Source of the DNA: Okamejei kenojei
Taxonomy: Eukaryota
DNA length: 63,855 bases
Assembly (NCBI GenBank): GCA_035221665.1
Contig: CM069143.1
Location: 42,780,001 to 42,843,855 of the forward strand
Direction of reading: 5' to 3'
Within the stretch, counting starts at the first letter, position 1, and every line of letters starts with the position of its first letter. Position numbers and translations under genes: made by a program. Under the pieces are notes generated by a model that worked only from the letters and a program-made list of their open reading frames with translations, searched no databases and was not told the origin of the DNA. Shown here in pieces: positions 39,186 through 51,158 of this stretch.

Positions 39186-39566
39186 TTACACCAAAGTAAA
39201 TTATACCTTGATAAACTTTTCACTGTTTTCACTGCTACAATGCCATCAACATTGTCACTGTTGGGCTACCAATTAATCAGCCACCCGCACCTAAGGTTTA
39301 GTTTACATCAAGAGTGATGGAAACAGAATTAGTTAGCATAATACATCTTCTTCTCTAATTGTATTTGAAGTTAATTGACTTGAAATACAAATGGACTGAA
39401 TTACTTTTGAGGTTCCAGTATCTGTCAAAAGTTGATATGTTTGAAATACTGTATGGAATTTTGTTACTGCCTTCAAAAAGGCATTGATGTATAGATGAAG
39501 ATTTAGTTATAGCGTTTTGCATGATCCAGGATTTAATACTGGCTGCTGGAATTCCTCAGGTCATTG

Positions 39567-39586
39567 CCCTAACCCTAACCCTAACC
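39567..39586. repeat. Short interstitial telomere-like repeat (CCCTAA)3
   Basis: CCCTAACCCTAACCCTAACC. Confidence 0.7.
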
Positions 39587-39609
39587 AGCTTTCATTATTG
39601 ATATTGGTA

Positions 39610-40210
39610 TTGTTTTTTTTATTGACATGGTACCGAGACAGTGTTAAACTTTGTTTGCGTGCTATCCAGTCAAATTATGTTATGCATGCGTACAATCAGG
39701 TCATACACCAGCACAACGGGTAGTGCAAAGAGAAAAGTTGCAATTTGCAGAATATATATTGCAACAGTGTTATACGGTGAAAGCTACAGCAAGAGTGCAG
39801 GTAAAAAAAGGTGAAAGGGCCACCACGAGGTAGGTTGCACCCTTAGCTCACGAGAGGACTGTTCAGTAGTCCGATGACAGGGGGAAGATAGTATTGCTGA
39901 ATCTGTTCATGCTTTTAAGCTTTGTGCCTTCTGCCTGGAGAGGGAGAGGAGAAGAGGGATTGACCGGCGTGCAGATAGTCGATTATTTTGGCTGCATTCA
40001 CGAGATAAATTGATTCATGTGAAATGTAGATGGAGTGAATGGGGGGTGGTAAGCTGCTTTGTGTGGTGGACTGGTCTAAATCCACAACGTCTGCAATTGC
40101 TAATGGTCTAAGGCAGAGCTGTTGCCAAACCAAGTTGTGCACAAGGGTGCATCTTTAGAAGTTGATAAGAATCGCTGGAGACATGCCGAACTTTTAGTCT
40201 TCTGTGGAAG
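39610..40210 (-). mobile_element. Rex1/Babar LINE 3' fragment
   Basis: Degenerate ..SLPP.HSIY..AAKII..HAGQSLFS..GRRHK; tail hairpin plus TGTCAATAA. Confidence 0.6.
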
Positions 40211-41477
40211 GAGAGACAAATAATGAGGAAGATTTAGGACAAAAGAGATTTGCTGATTACTGGACTGTTTATTATTATTTCAAACCCTGAAAAAAAAAGA
40301 AGCAATCTCAAATGCAGCAAATCCAGCAAGATAACAGTTAGGCTTAGACTGTCTAGTGACAAGTAACATTTGCAAATGCCATTGTCAACTATACTAATTA
40401 TTTTGGTGTCATTGCAATTTTACTATATTGTTAACTATATTGTAATCCAGATTGTTAATGTACATATTAAACAGCAGCCGACTCCTGCCCCCTTGCAACA
40501 CTCAACCTGTTAAAGGCCTCCAACCAGATAAAAGACCTCTCCACAAATATCCTTTAACTCCGTCCTCCAGGTCAATTTTAAAATCAATTAGCTAGCTCAT
40601 CATGGATTCCATGTGATCTAACCTTCTAGACAAGCTTACCCTGTGAGACCTCGTCAAAGGCCTTGCTAAAGCCCATATTGATAATGTGCTCTGCCCTGTC
40701 CTCATCAATCTTCTTGGTGACCACTTCAAACATTTTGATCAGATTTGGGGGACACCATTTCCCATGCACAAAGCCATGCCGACAATCTCTAATCAGTCCG
40801 TGCCTATCCAAATGCTGGTAGATCCTGGCCCTAAGAATTCCTCCAACAACTTTCCCACCACTGACATCAGGCTCACCGACCTGTAATATCCCCTTGCTTG
40901 TCTTTGTATCCCTTTTTAAATGACAGAACAACATTAGCTACCTTCCCGTCTTCTGTAATTTCACCTCTGGCTGAAGATGATTCAGATATTCCTGCAAAGT
41001 CCTCTGCAATTTTTTCCCAAGCTTTCCACAAGGTCCAATTATGTGCTTGGTCTGCCCTTGGAGATTTATCGACCTTAATGAACTTTAAAACCACCAATAC
41101 ATCTTCTTTGTCAGTTTGTATATGATCACAGGACCTATGCCTCAATGTCAGCTTTCATGATCTTCTCCTCAGTGAAAATAGATGAGTATTCACTAAAGAT
41201 CTCTCCTAATTTTTATGGTTTCACACAAAGTTGGCCATGTTGATCTTTAAGAGGAGCAATTATTTACCTTTCCACCCTTTTACTTTTAATATACCTATCG
41301 AAATTCATGGGATTTTCCTTTACCTTGGTTGCCATCTCCATTTCATGTCTTCTATTTGCCCTCCGGATTGTCTTCTTAAGTATAATCATACACTTCTTAT
41401 ACTCACGGAGCGATTTGCTTGATCCGGACTGCCTAATTTGGATGCATCCCTCCTTTTTCCTGACCAGAGCCTCAATA

Positions 41478-42517
41478 AACAGTGGGCGAGCGCGACTGAC
41501 GTTGCAGCGGCCCCTACAGCCTGTCTGTCTTTTTTTGTTTTTTGTCTAGTTAAATGTAGTTGTTTGTGTTTTTTTTGTATTGTTTTCTAACTGTGTATAT
41601 GTGGGGGGTGGGGGGGGGGGAAGGGGGAAACATTTTTAATCTCTTCCCTGCACGGGAGACCTGACTTTTTCCCTGTCAGGTCTCCGTTGTCGTTGGGGCC
41701 TGGTGCCGTGGAGTGGCCTCCGACCGGGACGACCTGGGGGCTCCAGTCGCGGAGCTGAGAGCTTACCGTCGTGGGGCTGGCCGGCCTCGGAGCGTGGGGA
41801 GCGGTGGTGGGTGGCCGCTGCGGCCCGACTCCGGGCTCCAGTTCCGGCTGCTGCCCGACTCCGGGGCTTCGGCTCCGGCTCGACTCCGGCTCCGGCTCCG
41901 GCTCCGGTCCGACTCCGGGGCTCCAGCTCTGGCTCCGGCTCCGGCTCCGGCTCCAGCTCCGGCTCCAGCTCCGGCCTGACTCCGGGGCTCTGGCTCCGGC
42001 TCCAGCTGCAGATTGCTGACGGTGGACTGTCGGGATGTCGGGAGCTCGCGGGTCCGGGTGGGGGGCCGCTCTCCGGAGCTCCGCAACACAACTTCTCCAG
42101 CCCGTATCGCGGGGTTGGAACGCCCCGGAGCGGGGCCGAGTATCGCCCGGCGCGGCTTTAATGGCCGCGGGACATTCCAGCGCCCGCCGGGGGCTCCAAC
42201 TTTGTGACTTTGGGCCTGGAGCGGGGCCGTACATCGCCCGGCGCGGCCTCAATGGACATGGGACTTAACACCGCCCGCCTGGGGCTTCGACATCGGGAGA
42301 GAGATGGTGCGGGGGAGAGAGAAAAACTTTGCCTTCCATCACAGTGAGGAGGAGATCCACTGTGATGGATGTTTGTGTGAATTTAATTGTTTGCGTGTTT
42401 TTCTATGAATTGTTCTGTTTGTTTGTTTGTATGGCTTGTAGAAACGGAGTTTCGTTCGAGCCTCTTTGAGGTTCGAATGACAAGCAATAAAATCAAATCA
42501 AATCAAATCAAATCAAA
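41478..42517 (+). mobile_element. GC-rich non-coding composite retroposon, copy 2, with (CTCCGG)n VNTR
   Basis: Interrupts a CR1 with AATA on both sides; 12-bp hairpin at 42335-42369; tail stem at 42455-42477; (ATCAA)n tail. Confidence 0.75.
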
Positions 42518-42904
42518 TACTTTTGAAAGTATCACACTTGCCAGCCATCCTCTTACCTGCAAACAGACTTTCCCCATCAACCTCTGCAAATTCCCACCCC
42601 CTAATGCCTACAAATCTGCCTTAATCCAATTTAGGTCCTTGTCGAGCCAGTGCTATCCTTCTCCATAACTAAATTAAAACTAATAGAATTATGGTCACTA
42701 GTCCCAAATTGCTCCTTAATTGATAGTTCTGTCACTTGTTCTGTCTCATTCTTTAAGAAGAGGCCCAGCATTGTGCCCTCCCTAGTGGGGCCCTCTACAT
42801 ACTGATCACGGAAACTTTCTTGGACCACATTTACCAATTTCCACCCCATCCATGCTCTTTGCACTATGGGAGACGTGCTTGATATTAGGGAAGTTGAAAT
42901 CACC

Positions 42905-43215
42905 TACCTTAGGGTAGGGGAAACAAGAACCAGAGGTTTAAGGTGAGGGTGGGGGGGGGGGGGTGGGGGAGATTGAATAGGAACCTGAGGGGCAACCTTT
43001 TTACTCAAAGGGTGATAGCTATATTGAACAAGCTTCCAGAGAAGGTATTTGAGATAGGTACTATCACAATGTTTAAAAAACATTTGGACAGGTACATGAA
43101 TAGGATAGGTTTGGAAGGTTATGAACCAAATGCAGGCAGGTGGGGCGTGTCTGATTGGCATGGGGACGTTGGGCTGAAGGGCTTGTTTCCACACTGTATG
43201 ACTGTGACTATGATG
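42905..43215 (+). mobile_element. CR1 LINE 3' end
   Basis: NLRGNLFTQRVI..FKKHLDRYM..GRW. Confidence 0.8.
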
Positions 43216-43926
43216 CTATTATTTTTTACAGTATGCACTCTCCCACAGTTACTCCTCTAATTCAAGCTGCCTAGTTCCATCAAAGTGATTATTCCCTTCC
43301 TATTTCTAAGCTACCCACATAGCCTCACTGGAGGATATCCCAAGAACATGCTCCCTGCACATTATAGTTATGTCCTTCCTGATCCAAAGGGCAAGCCATC
43401 TCCTCTCTTACCAGCATTTCTATCAGTCCTGTAGCATCTATTCCCCAGGAACAATGTGATTACAGTCTTACCCTTTTCTCAGCATTATTTCTGCTGTGGC
43501 TATAATAAACTAGATGCCCAGAGTTCATGCACTCTATGACTGCAAGTCAATAGTCAGTACAAAACATTTCCCGCTGTAGGAGGGGAGAGCAGTGAATTAT
43601 GATGCCAGTTTCGTTGCGGTGGTAGTTGAAGCCAAAAGTTAGAAAGTAAAATGGAACTATCATATAGAGCCCAGTCCAATTGAGATCAATAACAGCCTGA
43701 TTGTTCCAGGAATGATTTCTCACTGAGCCATGGTCCAATTCTCCAGCAATTCTTTGAAAAAAACATTGACAAGAAATAATTCACTTGATGCATGCTTAAC
43801 TTATGAATTATTTTGATGCATGCTTGACTTAGGATGTACTCAGAAAACCTGGCGAATTTCTGGAGTGATGAAAATCGCTCTGGAAATGGTCTTTATTGCA
43901 TTCTTTCTGAGGAAATCTATTTATTT

Positions 43927-45705
43927 CATAGAAACGTAGAAACAGAGAAAATAGGTGCAGGAATAGGCCATTCAGCCCTTCGAGTCTGCACCGCCATTCA
44001 ATATGATCATGGCTGATCATCCTGCCTTCTCTCCATACCCCCTGATCCCCTTAGCCACAAGGGCCACATCTAACTCCCTCTTAAATATAGCCAATGAACT
44101 GGCCTCAACTACCTTCTGTGGCAGAGAATTCCAGAGATTCACCACTCTCTGTGTGAAAAATGTTTTTCACTTCTCCGTCCTAAAAGATTTCCCCCTTATC
44201 CTTAAACTGTGACCCCTTGTTCTGGACTTCCCCAACATCGGGAACAATCTTCCTGCATCTAGCCTGTCCAACCCCTTAAGAATGTTGTAAGTTTCTATAA
44301 GATCCCCCCTCAATCTTCTAAATCTAGTGAGTACATGCTGAGCCCATCCAGTCTTTTTTCATATGAAAGTCCTGACATCCCAGGAATCAGTCTGGTGAAC
44401 ATTCTCTGTACTCCCTCTATGGTAAGAATGTCTTTCCTCAGATTAGGAGACCAAAACTGTCCACAATACTCCAGGTGAGGTCTCACCAAGACCCTGTACA
44501 ACTACAGTAGAACTTCCCTGCTCCTATACTCAAATCCTTTTGCTATGAATGTTAACATACCATTCGCCTTCTTCACTGCCTGGTGCTCCTGCATGCCTAC
44601 TTTCAATGACTGGTGTACCATGACACCCAGGTCTCATTGCATCTCCCCTTTTCCTAATCGGCCACCATTCAAATAATAGTCTACTATCCTGTTTTTGCCA
44701 CCAAAGTGGATAACCTCACATTTATGCTCATTATACTGCATCTGCCATGCATTTGCATACTCACCCAACCTATCCAGGTCACCTCGCAGCCTCCTAGCAT
44801 CCTCCTCACAGCTAGCACTGCCCCCCAGCTTCGTGTCATCCGCAAACTTGGAGATGTTGCATTCAATTCCCTCGTCCAAATCATTAATATATATTGTAAA
44901 TAGCTGGGGTCCCTTGCGGTACCCCACTAGTCACTGCCTGCCATTCTGCAAAGGACCCGTTTACTCCTACTCTTTGCTTCCTGTCTGCCAGCCAGTTCTC
45001 TATCCACATCAATACTGAACCCCCAATACTGTGTGCTTTAGGTTTGCATTCTAATCTCTTATGTGGGACCATGTCGACAGCCTTCTGAAAGTCCAGATAT
45101 AACACATCCACTGTTCTCCCTTATCCACTCTACTAGTTACATCCTTGAAAAATTCTATATGATTCGTCAGACATGATTTACCTTTCATAAATCCATGCTG
45201 CCTTTGTCCAATGATTTCACCCCTTTCCAAATGTGTTGCTATTCCATCTTTAATAACTGACTCTAGCAGTTTCTCCACTACCAATGTTAGACTAACTGTT
45301 CTGTAATTCCCCGTTTTCTCTCTCCCTCCCTTTTTAAAAAGTGGGGTTACATTACCTATCCTCCAATCCTCAGGAACTACTCCAGAATCTAAATAATTTT
45401 GAGAAATTATCACTAATTAATCCACTATTTCTGGGGCTACTTCCTTAAGTACTCTGGGATGCAGCTTATCTGGCCCTGGGGATTTATCAGCCTTTAATCC
45501 ATTCAATTTACCTAACACCACTTCCCAGCTAACCTGGATTTCACTCAGTTCCTCCATCTCATTTGACCCCCGGTCCCCTACTATTTCGGCAGATTATTTA
45601 TGTCTTCCTTAGTGAAGACAGAACCAAAGTAGTTATTCAATTTGTCTGCCATGTCCTTGTTCTCCATGATCAATTCACCTGTTTCTGACTGCAAGGAATC
45701 TACAT
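43927..45705 (-). mobile_element. CR1 LINE, 5'-truncated (RT)
   Basis: RT fragments ([21 protein letters not shown]); TAGAAAC tail. Confidence 0.92.
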
Positions 45706-46474
45706 TTCACATAGTTCTGAACTAAGCAGTTCTGGGCAACCATTTCCACAATACATGCCATCAATTTACCACATCTTTAAAAATAAAGGTGTTTGAGAAT
45801 AAGGAGACATAGTAACATTGCTGATGAAATGCAGATGGTAAGAATAGACCTGTGGGTTCTTGTGTCCTACATAAATATGCGGAATGAAGTGCAAGATAAA
45901 ATACTTGACCACAGACTTTGGAAGAAACAACCATTATAGACCTCAATTATCTATTGTTTTTATTGTTAGAAGCAATAAATGAGTATTTATTTATTGTGTA
46001 TGTTCTTGTTATCCTAATTGCTATGGCAATCATTGTGTAGAGTTAATGGGCTGTAGGAGTGGCGTCGGCAGTTCCATTTGCTGTAACCAAAATCCATTAT
46101 AAAGGGGTCCATTAAAACGAGGGTTTACTGCACTGTATTTCATGTCTCAGTTACTCATTTAGTTTTCCCAGATGGTGTTTACTGATAAAAATCTAATCTA
46201 CATTTAAATTCATTCATACGAATCTATCATCTCCTCGAGGAGTTGTGTACATAGGTAGTCTATTTATTCATTGGAACAGGACAAGCCTATGCAATCATTC
46301 AAAGTTGTTCTGCAATTCAACTACTGCATGCAATTTGTACGTTTTTCCCTTATTATCTTGTGCAACTCTTGTTGTTCTTAGCAAAGAAAAATATTTTGAA
46401 ATATTGTTTTAATTGATTAGTTTTGAATTTAGCCAAGCAAGAAACGTTGTCATCTAGACTGGACAAGCTAGTCA

Positions 46475-46790
46475 TGGCATTCCCTCTATCTCTATCTCCC
46501 TCCCCCACCCTAGTCGCACTAGCTTCTCATTTTCAGACCACAAACAGCTTACAATGGCTTGTTCCCTTTATCATCGATACTTTTTTGCATATCTTTCATT
46601 CATTGTTCTTTATCTCTCCACATCACCGTCTATATCTCTTGTTTCCATGATCCCTGACCAGTCTGAAGAAGGGTCTCGACCCGAAACGTCGCCTATCTCC
46701 TTCGCTCCTTAGATGCTGCTGCACCCGCTGAGTTTCTCCAGCTTTTTGTGTACCCTCGATTCTCCAGCATCTGCAGCTTCTTCGTTAACA
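46475..46790 (+). mobile_element. PLE 3' UTR/pLTR copy, inverted partner of 47572-47887
   Basis: About 97% identical to the reverse complement of 47572-47887; CATCTA at 46451-46456 and 46791-46796. Confidence 0.9.
46660..46694 (+). ncRNA. Minimal type I hammerhead ribozyme core, PLE-borne, sense to the host pre-mRNA
   Basis: CTGAAGA (46663-46669), extra A, stem II GGGTCTCGACCC, GAAAC, GTC (predicted cut after 46690); palindromic ACGT at helix III; helix I pairing is weak. Confidence 0.7.
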
Positions 46791-47571
46791 CATCTATATT
46801 AATATTGGATTAGAATCCAAAATACGACACACACTTTAGTCATGATTAAATTTACAAGGAAGAGCATGCTCACTGTAGTTTATGACTCTCATTAATCCTG
46901 TAATTTTCTCTCATCAAATTATTCTGGTTGCTGTTTCCTATGTTCTTTCAATATCTGAAATGTCTAAGCCAATATTTAGTAGATTGTTGCTTCTGAGGAA
47001 TTATTTAATTCTGAAGAGCTCTTTCCCACCTGAAGTTCAAAATTGCAGTCAGCTGATTTTTAATGAAGGAAAGAGGGCAAGATCCCTTCTTCATTTCAAC
47101 TGCATACTAGCTCCCTGCTCATCTCCAGTTTCTTCCAAGGAAAAGCTAAAATCCGCTCCCAACTTTTCTACAACCAGCAGGTGGACAGTAATGAAATTCA
47201 AACCCCAGAATATATGGAAGAAATTATTGCCACAACTCAACTTGAAAGCATTGAAAGAAGTGTTGCCTCTTTTACACATGTTTAACAGACAAATACATCA
47301 TATTTTCAATCTTGTTGCCACAACCTTCTCTGCACCACTGTGCGCTAGATGAATTGACTTGTTTTGTTTTCCTACCAGGATTCCACTAATATCACAAAGC
47401 AGCTGGGTTCTTAATTCAAGCAAGTTACTTCCTGTTTGTAGGTATAGACATTATGTTGTGGAAAAATAACTGACATGAACATTTTGGATTAATCCCTGAC
47501 AAAAGTAATTAATTTCATCTGAATGGTCATGCCTTGGGTAATAAAATTATTTAAACAGAAGTAACTAGGAT

Positions 47572-49040
47572 TGTTAACGAAGAAACTGCAGATGCTGGAG
47601 AATCGAGGGTTACACAAAATGCTGGAGAAACTCAGCGGGTGCAGCAGCATCTAAGGAGCGAAGGAGATAGGCGACGTTTCGGGTCGAGACCCTTCTTCAG
47701 ACTGGTCAGGGATCAGGGAAACGAGAGATATAGATGGTGATGTGAGAGATAAAGAACAATGAATGAAAGATATGCAAAAAAGTATCGATGATAAAGGGAA
47801 CAAGCCATTGTAAGCTGTTTGTGGTGTGAAAATGAGAAGCTAGTGCGACTAGGGTGGGGGAGGGAGATAGAGATAGAGGGAATGCCAGGGCCCGAGGGCT
47901 GAGGGAGAGGTGGGAGGGGGAGGAGACAGCAGGGGTTAACAGAATTGAGAAAATTCAATGTTCAAGCCCAAAGGATGCAAACCCCCCAAGCGGAATATGA
48001 GGTGCTGTTCCTCCAACTTGCGGTGTTGCTCACTCTGGCCATGGAGGAGGCCCAGGACCGAGAGGTCGGATATGGAATGGGAGGGGGAGTTGAAGTGCTG
48101 AGCGACCGGGAGGTCGGGTTGGTTTTTGCGGACCGAGCGGAGGTGTTCGGCGAAACGATCGCCAAGCCTCCGCTTGGTCTCACCGATATAGATCATCTGG
48201 CATCTGGAGCAGCGGATGCAGTAGATGAGGTTGGAGGAGGTGCAGGTGAACCTCTGTCGGACCTGGAAGCACTGCTTGGGTCCCTGAAAGGAGTGGAGGG
48301 GGGAGGTGAAGGGACAAGTGTTGCATTTCTTGCGGTTGCAAGGGAAAGTGCCCGGGGAAGGAGTAGAGCGGGAGGGGAGGGAAGAATTAACAAGGGAGTT
48401 GCGGAGGGAGCAGTCTTTGCGGAAGGCAGACAGGGGGGGAGATGGGAAGATGTGGCGGGTGGAGGGGTCACGTTGGAGGTGGCGAAACTGGCGGAGGACT
48501 ATCTGTTGTATTTGCCGGCTGGTGGGGTGAAAGGTGAGGACCAGGGGGACTCTGCCCTGTTTGCGAGTGGGGGAATGGGGAGAGAGGGCAGTGTTGCGGG
48601 GTATGGAGGAGACCCTGGTGCGAGCCTCATCAATAGTGGGGGAGGGGAATCCCCGTTCACTGAAGAATGAGGCCATTTGTGATGACCTGGTGTGAAACGC
48701 CTCATCCTGGGAGCAGATGCGGCGTAGACGAAGGAATTGGGAATAGGGGATGGAGTCCTTACAGGAAGCGGGGTGGGAGGAAGAGTAGTCCAGGTAGCTG
48801 TGGGAGTCAGTGGGTTTGTAGTGGATGTCGGTCAGGAGTGTATCACCTGCAATAGAGATTGTGAGGTCAAGGAATGGTAGGGAAATGTTGGAAATGGTCC
48901 AAGTGTATTTGAGTGCCGGATGGAAGTTGGTGGTGAAATGAATGAAGTCAGTCAGTTGTGTGTGGGTGCAGGAGGTGACACCAAAGCAGTCGTCGATGTA
49001 ACGGAGGTAGAGGTCGGGGATGGGGCCCTGGTACGCCGAG
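47572..49040 (-). mobile_element. Young Neptune-type PLE (RT C-terminus, Zn linker, GIY-YIG, 3' UTR)
   Basis: YLRYIDDCFG; CNRKKCNTC linker; SSNLIYCIRCSRCQMIYIGETKRRLGDRFAEH; 14-bp TSD AACTAGGATTGTTA at 47563-47576 and 49041-49054. Confidence 0.93.
47669..47703 (-). ncRNA. Minimal hammerhead ribozyme core
   Basis: Reverse complement reads CTGAAGAAGGGTCTCGACCCGAAACGTC, identical to 46663-46690. Confidence 0.7.
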
Positions 49041-49055
49041 AACTAGGATTGTTAC

Positions 49056-50665
49056 TGTTTAAGAAGAAACTGCAGATGCTGGAAAATCAAAGATAGACAA
49101 AAATGCTGGAGAAACTCAGCAGGTGCAGCAGCATCTATGGAGCGAAGGAACTAGACAATGTTTCGGGCCGAAACCCTTCTTCAGACTGACGGTGAGGGTG
49201 GGTGGGGCGGGAATAAGAATGTAAGAGGAGGAGCCAGAAGGCTGGGGGAGAGCTGAGAAGGGGAGGAGACAGTATGAACTACCTGAAATTAGAGAAGTCA
49301 ATGTTCATACCACTGGGGTACAAACTGCCCAAGCGAAATATGAGGTGCTGCTCCTCCAATTTCCGGTACTCCTCGCTCTGGCTGTTGAGGAGGCCCAGGA
49401 TAGAAAGGTCGGATTTGGAATGGGAGGGGGAGTTGAAGTGCTGAGCCACCGGGCGATCAGGTTGGTTATTGCGAACCGAGCGGAGGTGTTCGGCGAAGCG
49501 ATCGCCAAGCCTACGCTTGGTCTCACCGATGTAGATCAGCTGACATCTAGAGCAGCGGATGCAATAGATGAGGTTGGAGGAGGTGCAGGTGAACCTCTGT
49601 CGCACCTGGAATGACTGCTTGGGTCCTTGAATGGAGTCAAGGGGGGGAGGTAAAGCGACAAGTGTAGCATTTCTTGCGGTTGCAAGGGAAAGTGCCCGGA
49701 GAGGGTGTGGTTTGGGTGGGAAGGGACGAATTGACCAGGGAGTTACGGAGGAAGCAGTCTCTGCGGAAAGCAGACAGGTGTGGAGATGAGAAGATGTGGC
49801 AAGTGGTGGTGTCACGTTGGAGGTGGCGAAAATGTCGGAGGATTATTTGTTGTACGTGATGGCTGGTAGGGTGGAAGGTGAGGACTAGGGGGACTCTGCT
49901 CTTGTTATGAGTGGGGAGATGAGGAGAGAGTGCAGTGTCACTGGGTATCAAAGAAACCCTGGTGAGAGCCTTATCTATGGTAGGAGAGGGGAACCCCCGT
50001 TCCCTGAAGAATGAGAACATCTCCGATGCCCTGGTATGGAACATCCTGGGAGCAGATGCGGTGTAGACAAAGGAATTGGGAGTTAGGGATGGAGTCCTTA
50101 CAGGAAGCAGGATGGGATAAGTGTAGTCCAGATAGCCATGGGAGTCAGAAGGTTTATAGTGGATGTCGGTCAGAAGTCTATCACCTGCGATGGAGATAGT
50201 GAGGTCTAGAAATGGTAAGGAAGTGTTGGAAATGGTCCAGGTATATTTGGGTGCCGGATGGAAGTTAGTGGTGAAATGGGTGAAGTCAGTGAGTTGTGTG
50301 TGGGTGCAGGAGGTAGCACCAATGCAGTCGGTAGCACCAATGCAGTCATTGATGTAGCAGAGGTAGAGGTCGGGGATGGGGCCCTAGTATGTCTCGAACA
50401 AGGATTGTTCGACATACCCTACAAAGAGGCAGGCATAGCTAGGGCCCATGTGCATGCCCATAGCTACGCCTTGTATTTGGAGGAAATGGGAGGAGTCAAA
50501 TGAAAAGTTATTTAGGGTAAGGACTAGCTCCGCTAGGCGGAGGAGAGTATCTGTAGATGGGGATTGGTTGGTTCTCCGGTTGAGGAAGAAACTGAAGGCT
50601 TTGAGACCCTCCTGGTGGGGGATGGAGGTATAGAGCGACTGGACGTCCAAGGTGAAGATGAGGGA
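49056..50665 (-). mobile_element. Neptune-type PLE (RT core through GIY-YIG), degenerate
   Basis: DVQSLYTSIP, QIQGVAMG..GPSYACLF, CNRKKCYTC, LIYCIRCSRC..YIGETKRR. Confidence 0.93.
49154..49187 (-). ncRNA. Hammerhead core variant
   Basis: Reverse complement reads CTGAAGA-A-GGGTTTCGGCCC-GAAAC-ATT. Confidence 0.55.
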
Positions 50666-50744
50666 TAATGTAAGTTTTTGTCAATTATGAGTTTAAAAAA
50701 ATCACAAATTGATTAATGTAACATGAAGTGTTAACTTGACCTGC

Positions 50745-50990
50745 TTGCCCCGACTGCAGATTGTTTGACTGCCTCGACCGCGGGAGAACAAGAGGAAGAA
50801 GATTGAACTTTATTTGCCTTCCATCACAGTGAGGAATGTGGAATCCACTGTGATGGATGTTTATGTTGACTTTTATGTGGTTGTGTGTCTTGTTGCTTTT
50901 CACTTAGTATGGCTGTATGGTAACTCAAATTTCACTGTACCTTAATTGGTACACGTGACAATAAACTGACCTTGAAACGTTGAAACCTTG
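50745..50990 (+). mobile_element. GC-rich composite retroposon, copy 3 (5'-truncated)
   Basis: Hairpin TCCATCACAGTG/CACTGTGATGGA at 50820-50857; tail stem TGTACC/GGTACA; TGACAATAAA; (CCTTGAAA)n-like tail. Confidence 0.7.
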
Positions 50991-51032
50991 TATGACTGTA
51001 TTTAATGGCTGTGTCTTCTCTCCAACCTTTAG

Positions 51033-51158
<126 letters not shown>

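Larger units (their letters stand above)
40480..43450 (-). mobile_element. Old CR1 LINE interrupted by two younger insertions
   Basis: RT fragments (DKSP, HGFV, FSKAFD) at 40626-41145 and EN fragments (QYVEGPTREG, GTSDHN) at 42631-42903. Confidence 0.75.

Noticed and set aside
41587-42268. Several long overlapping ORFs rich in PE, SR, GA and SG dipeptides
   Set aside because: They are stop-free readings of the (CTCCGG)n VNTR in GC-rich DNA, with no domain or splice support.
43785-43831. 19-bp direct repeat TTGATGCATGCTT(A/G)ACTTA, twice
   Set aside because: Ordinary local micro-duplication.
46020-46135. Possible Tc1/mariner (Tigger-like) terminus
   Set aside because: Only one degenerate end, with no matching TIR or TSD.
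46882-47352. 156-aa ORF between the inverted PLE copies, as cargo of a TIR-like composite
   Set aside because: No recognisable motif, and each PLE copy has its own target duplication, so this is not one transposon.
47945-48670. 241-aa plus-strand ORF
   Set aside because: Antisense shadow of the PLE GIY-YIG ORF.
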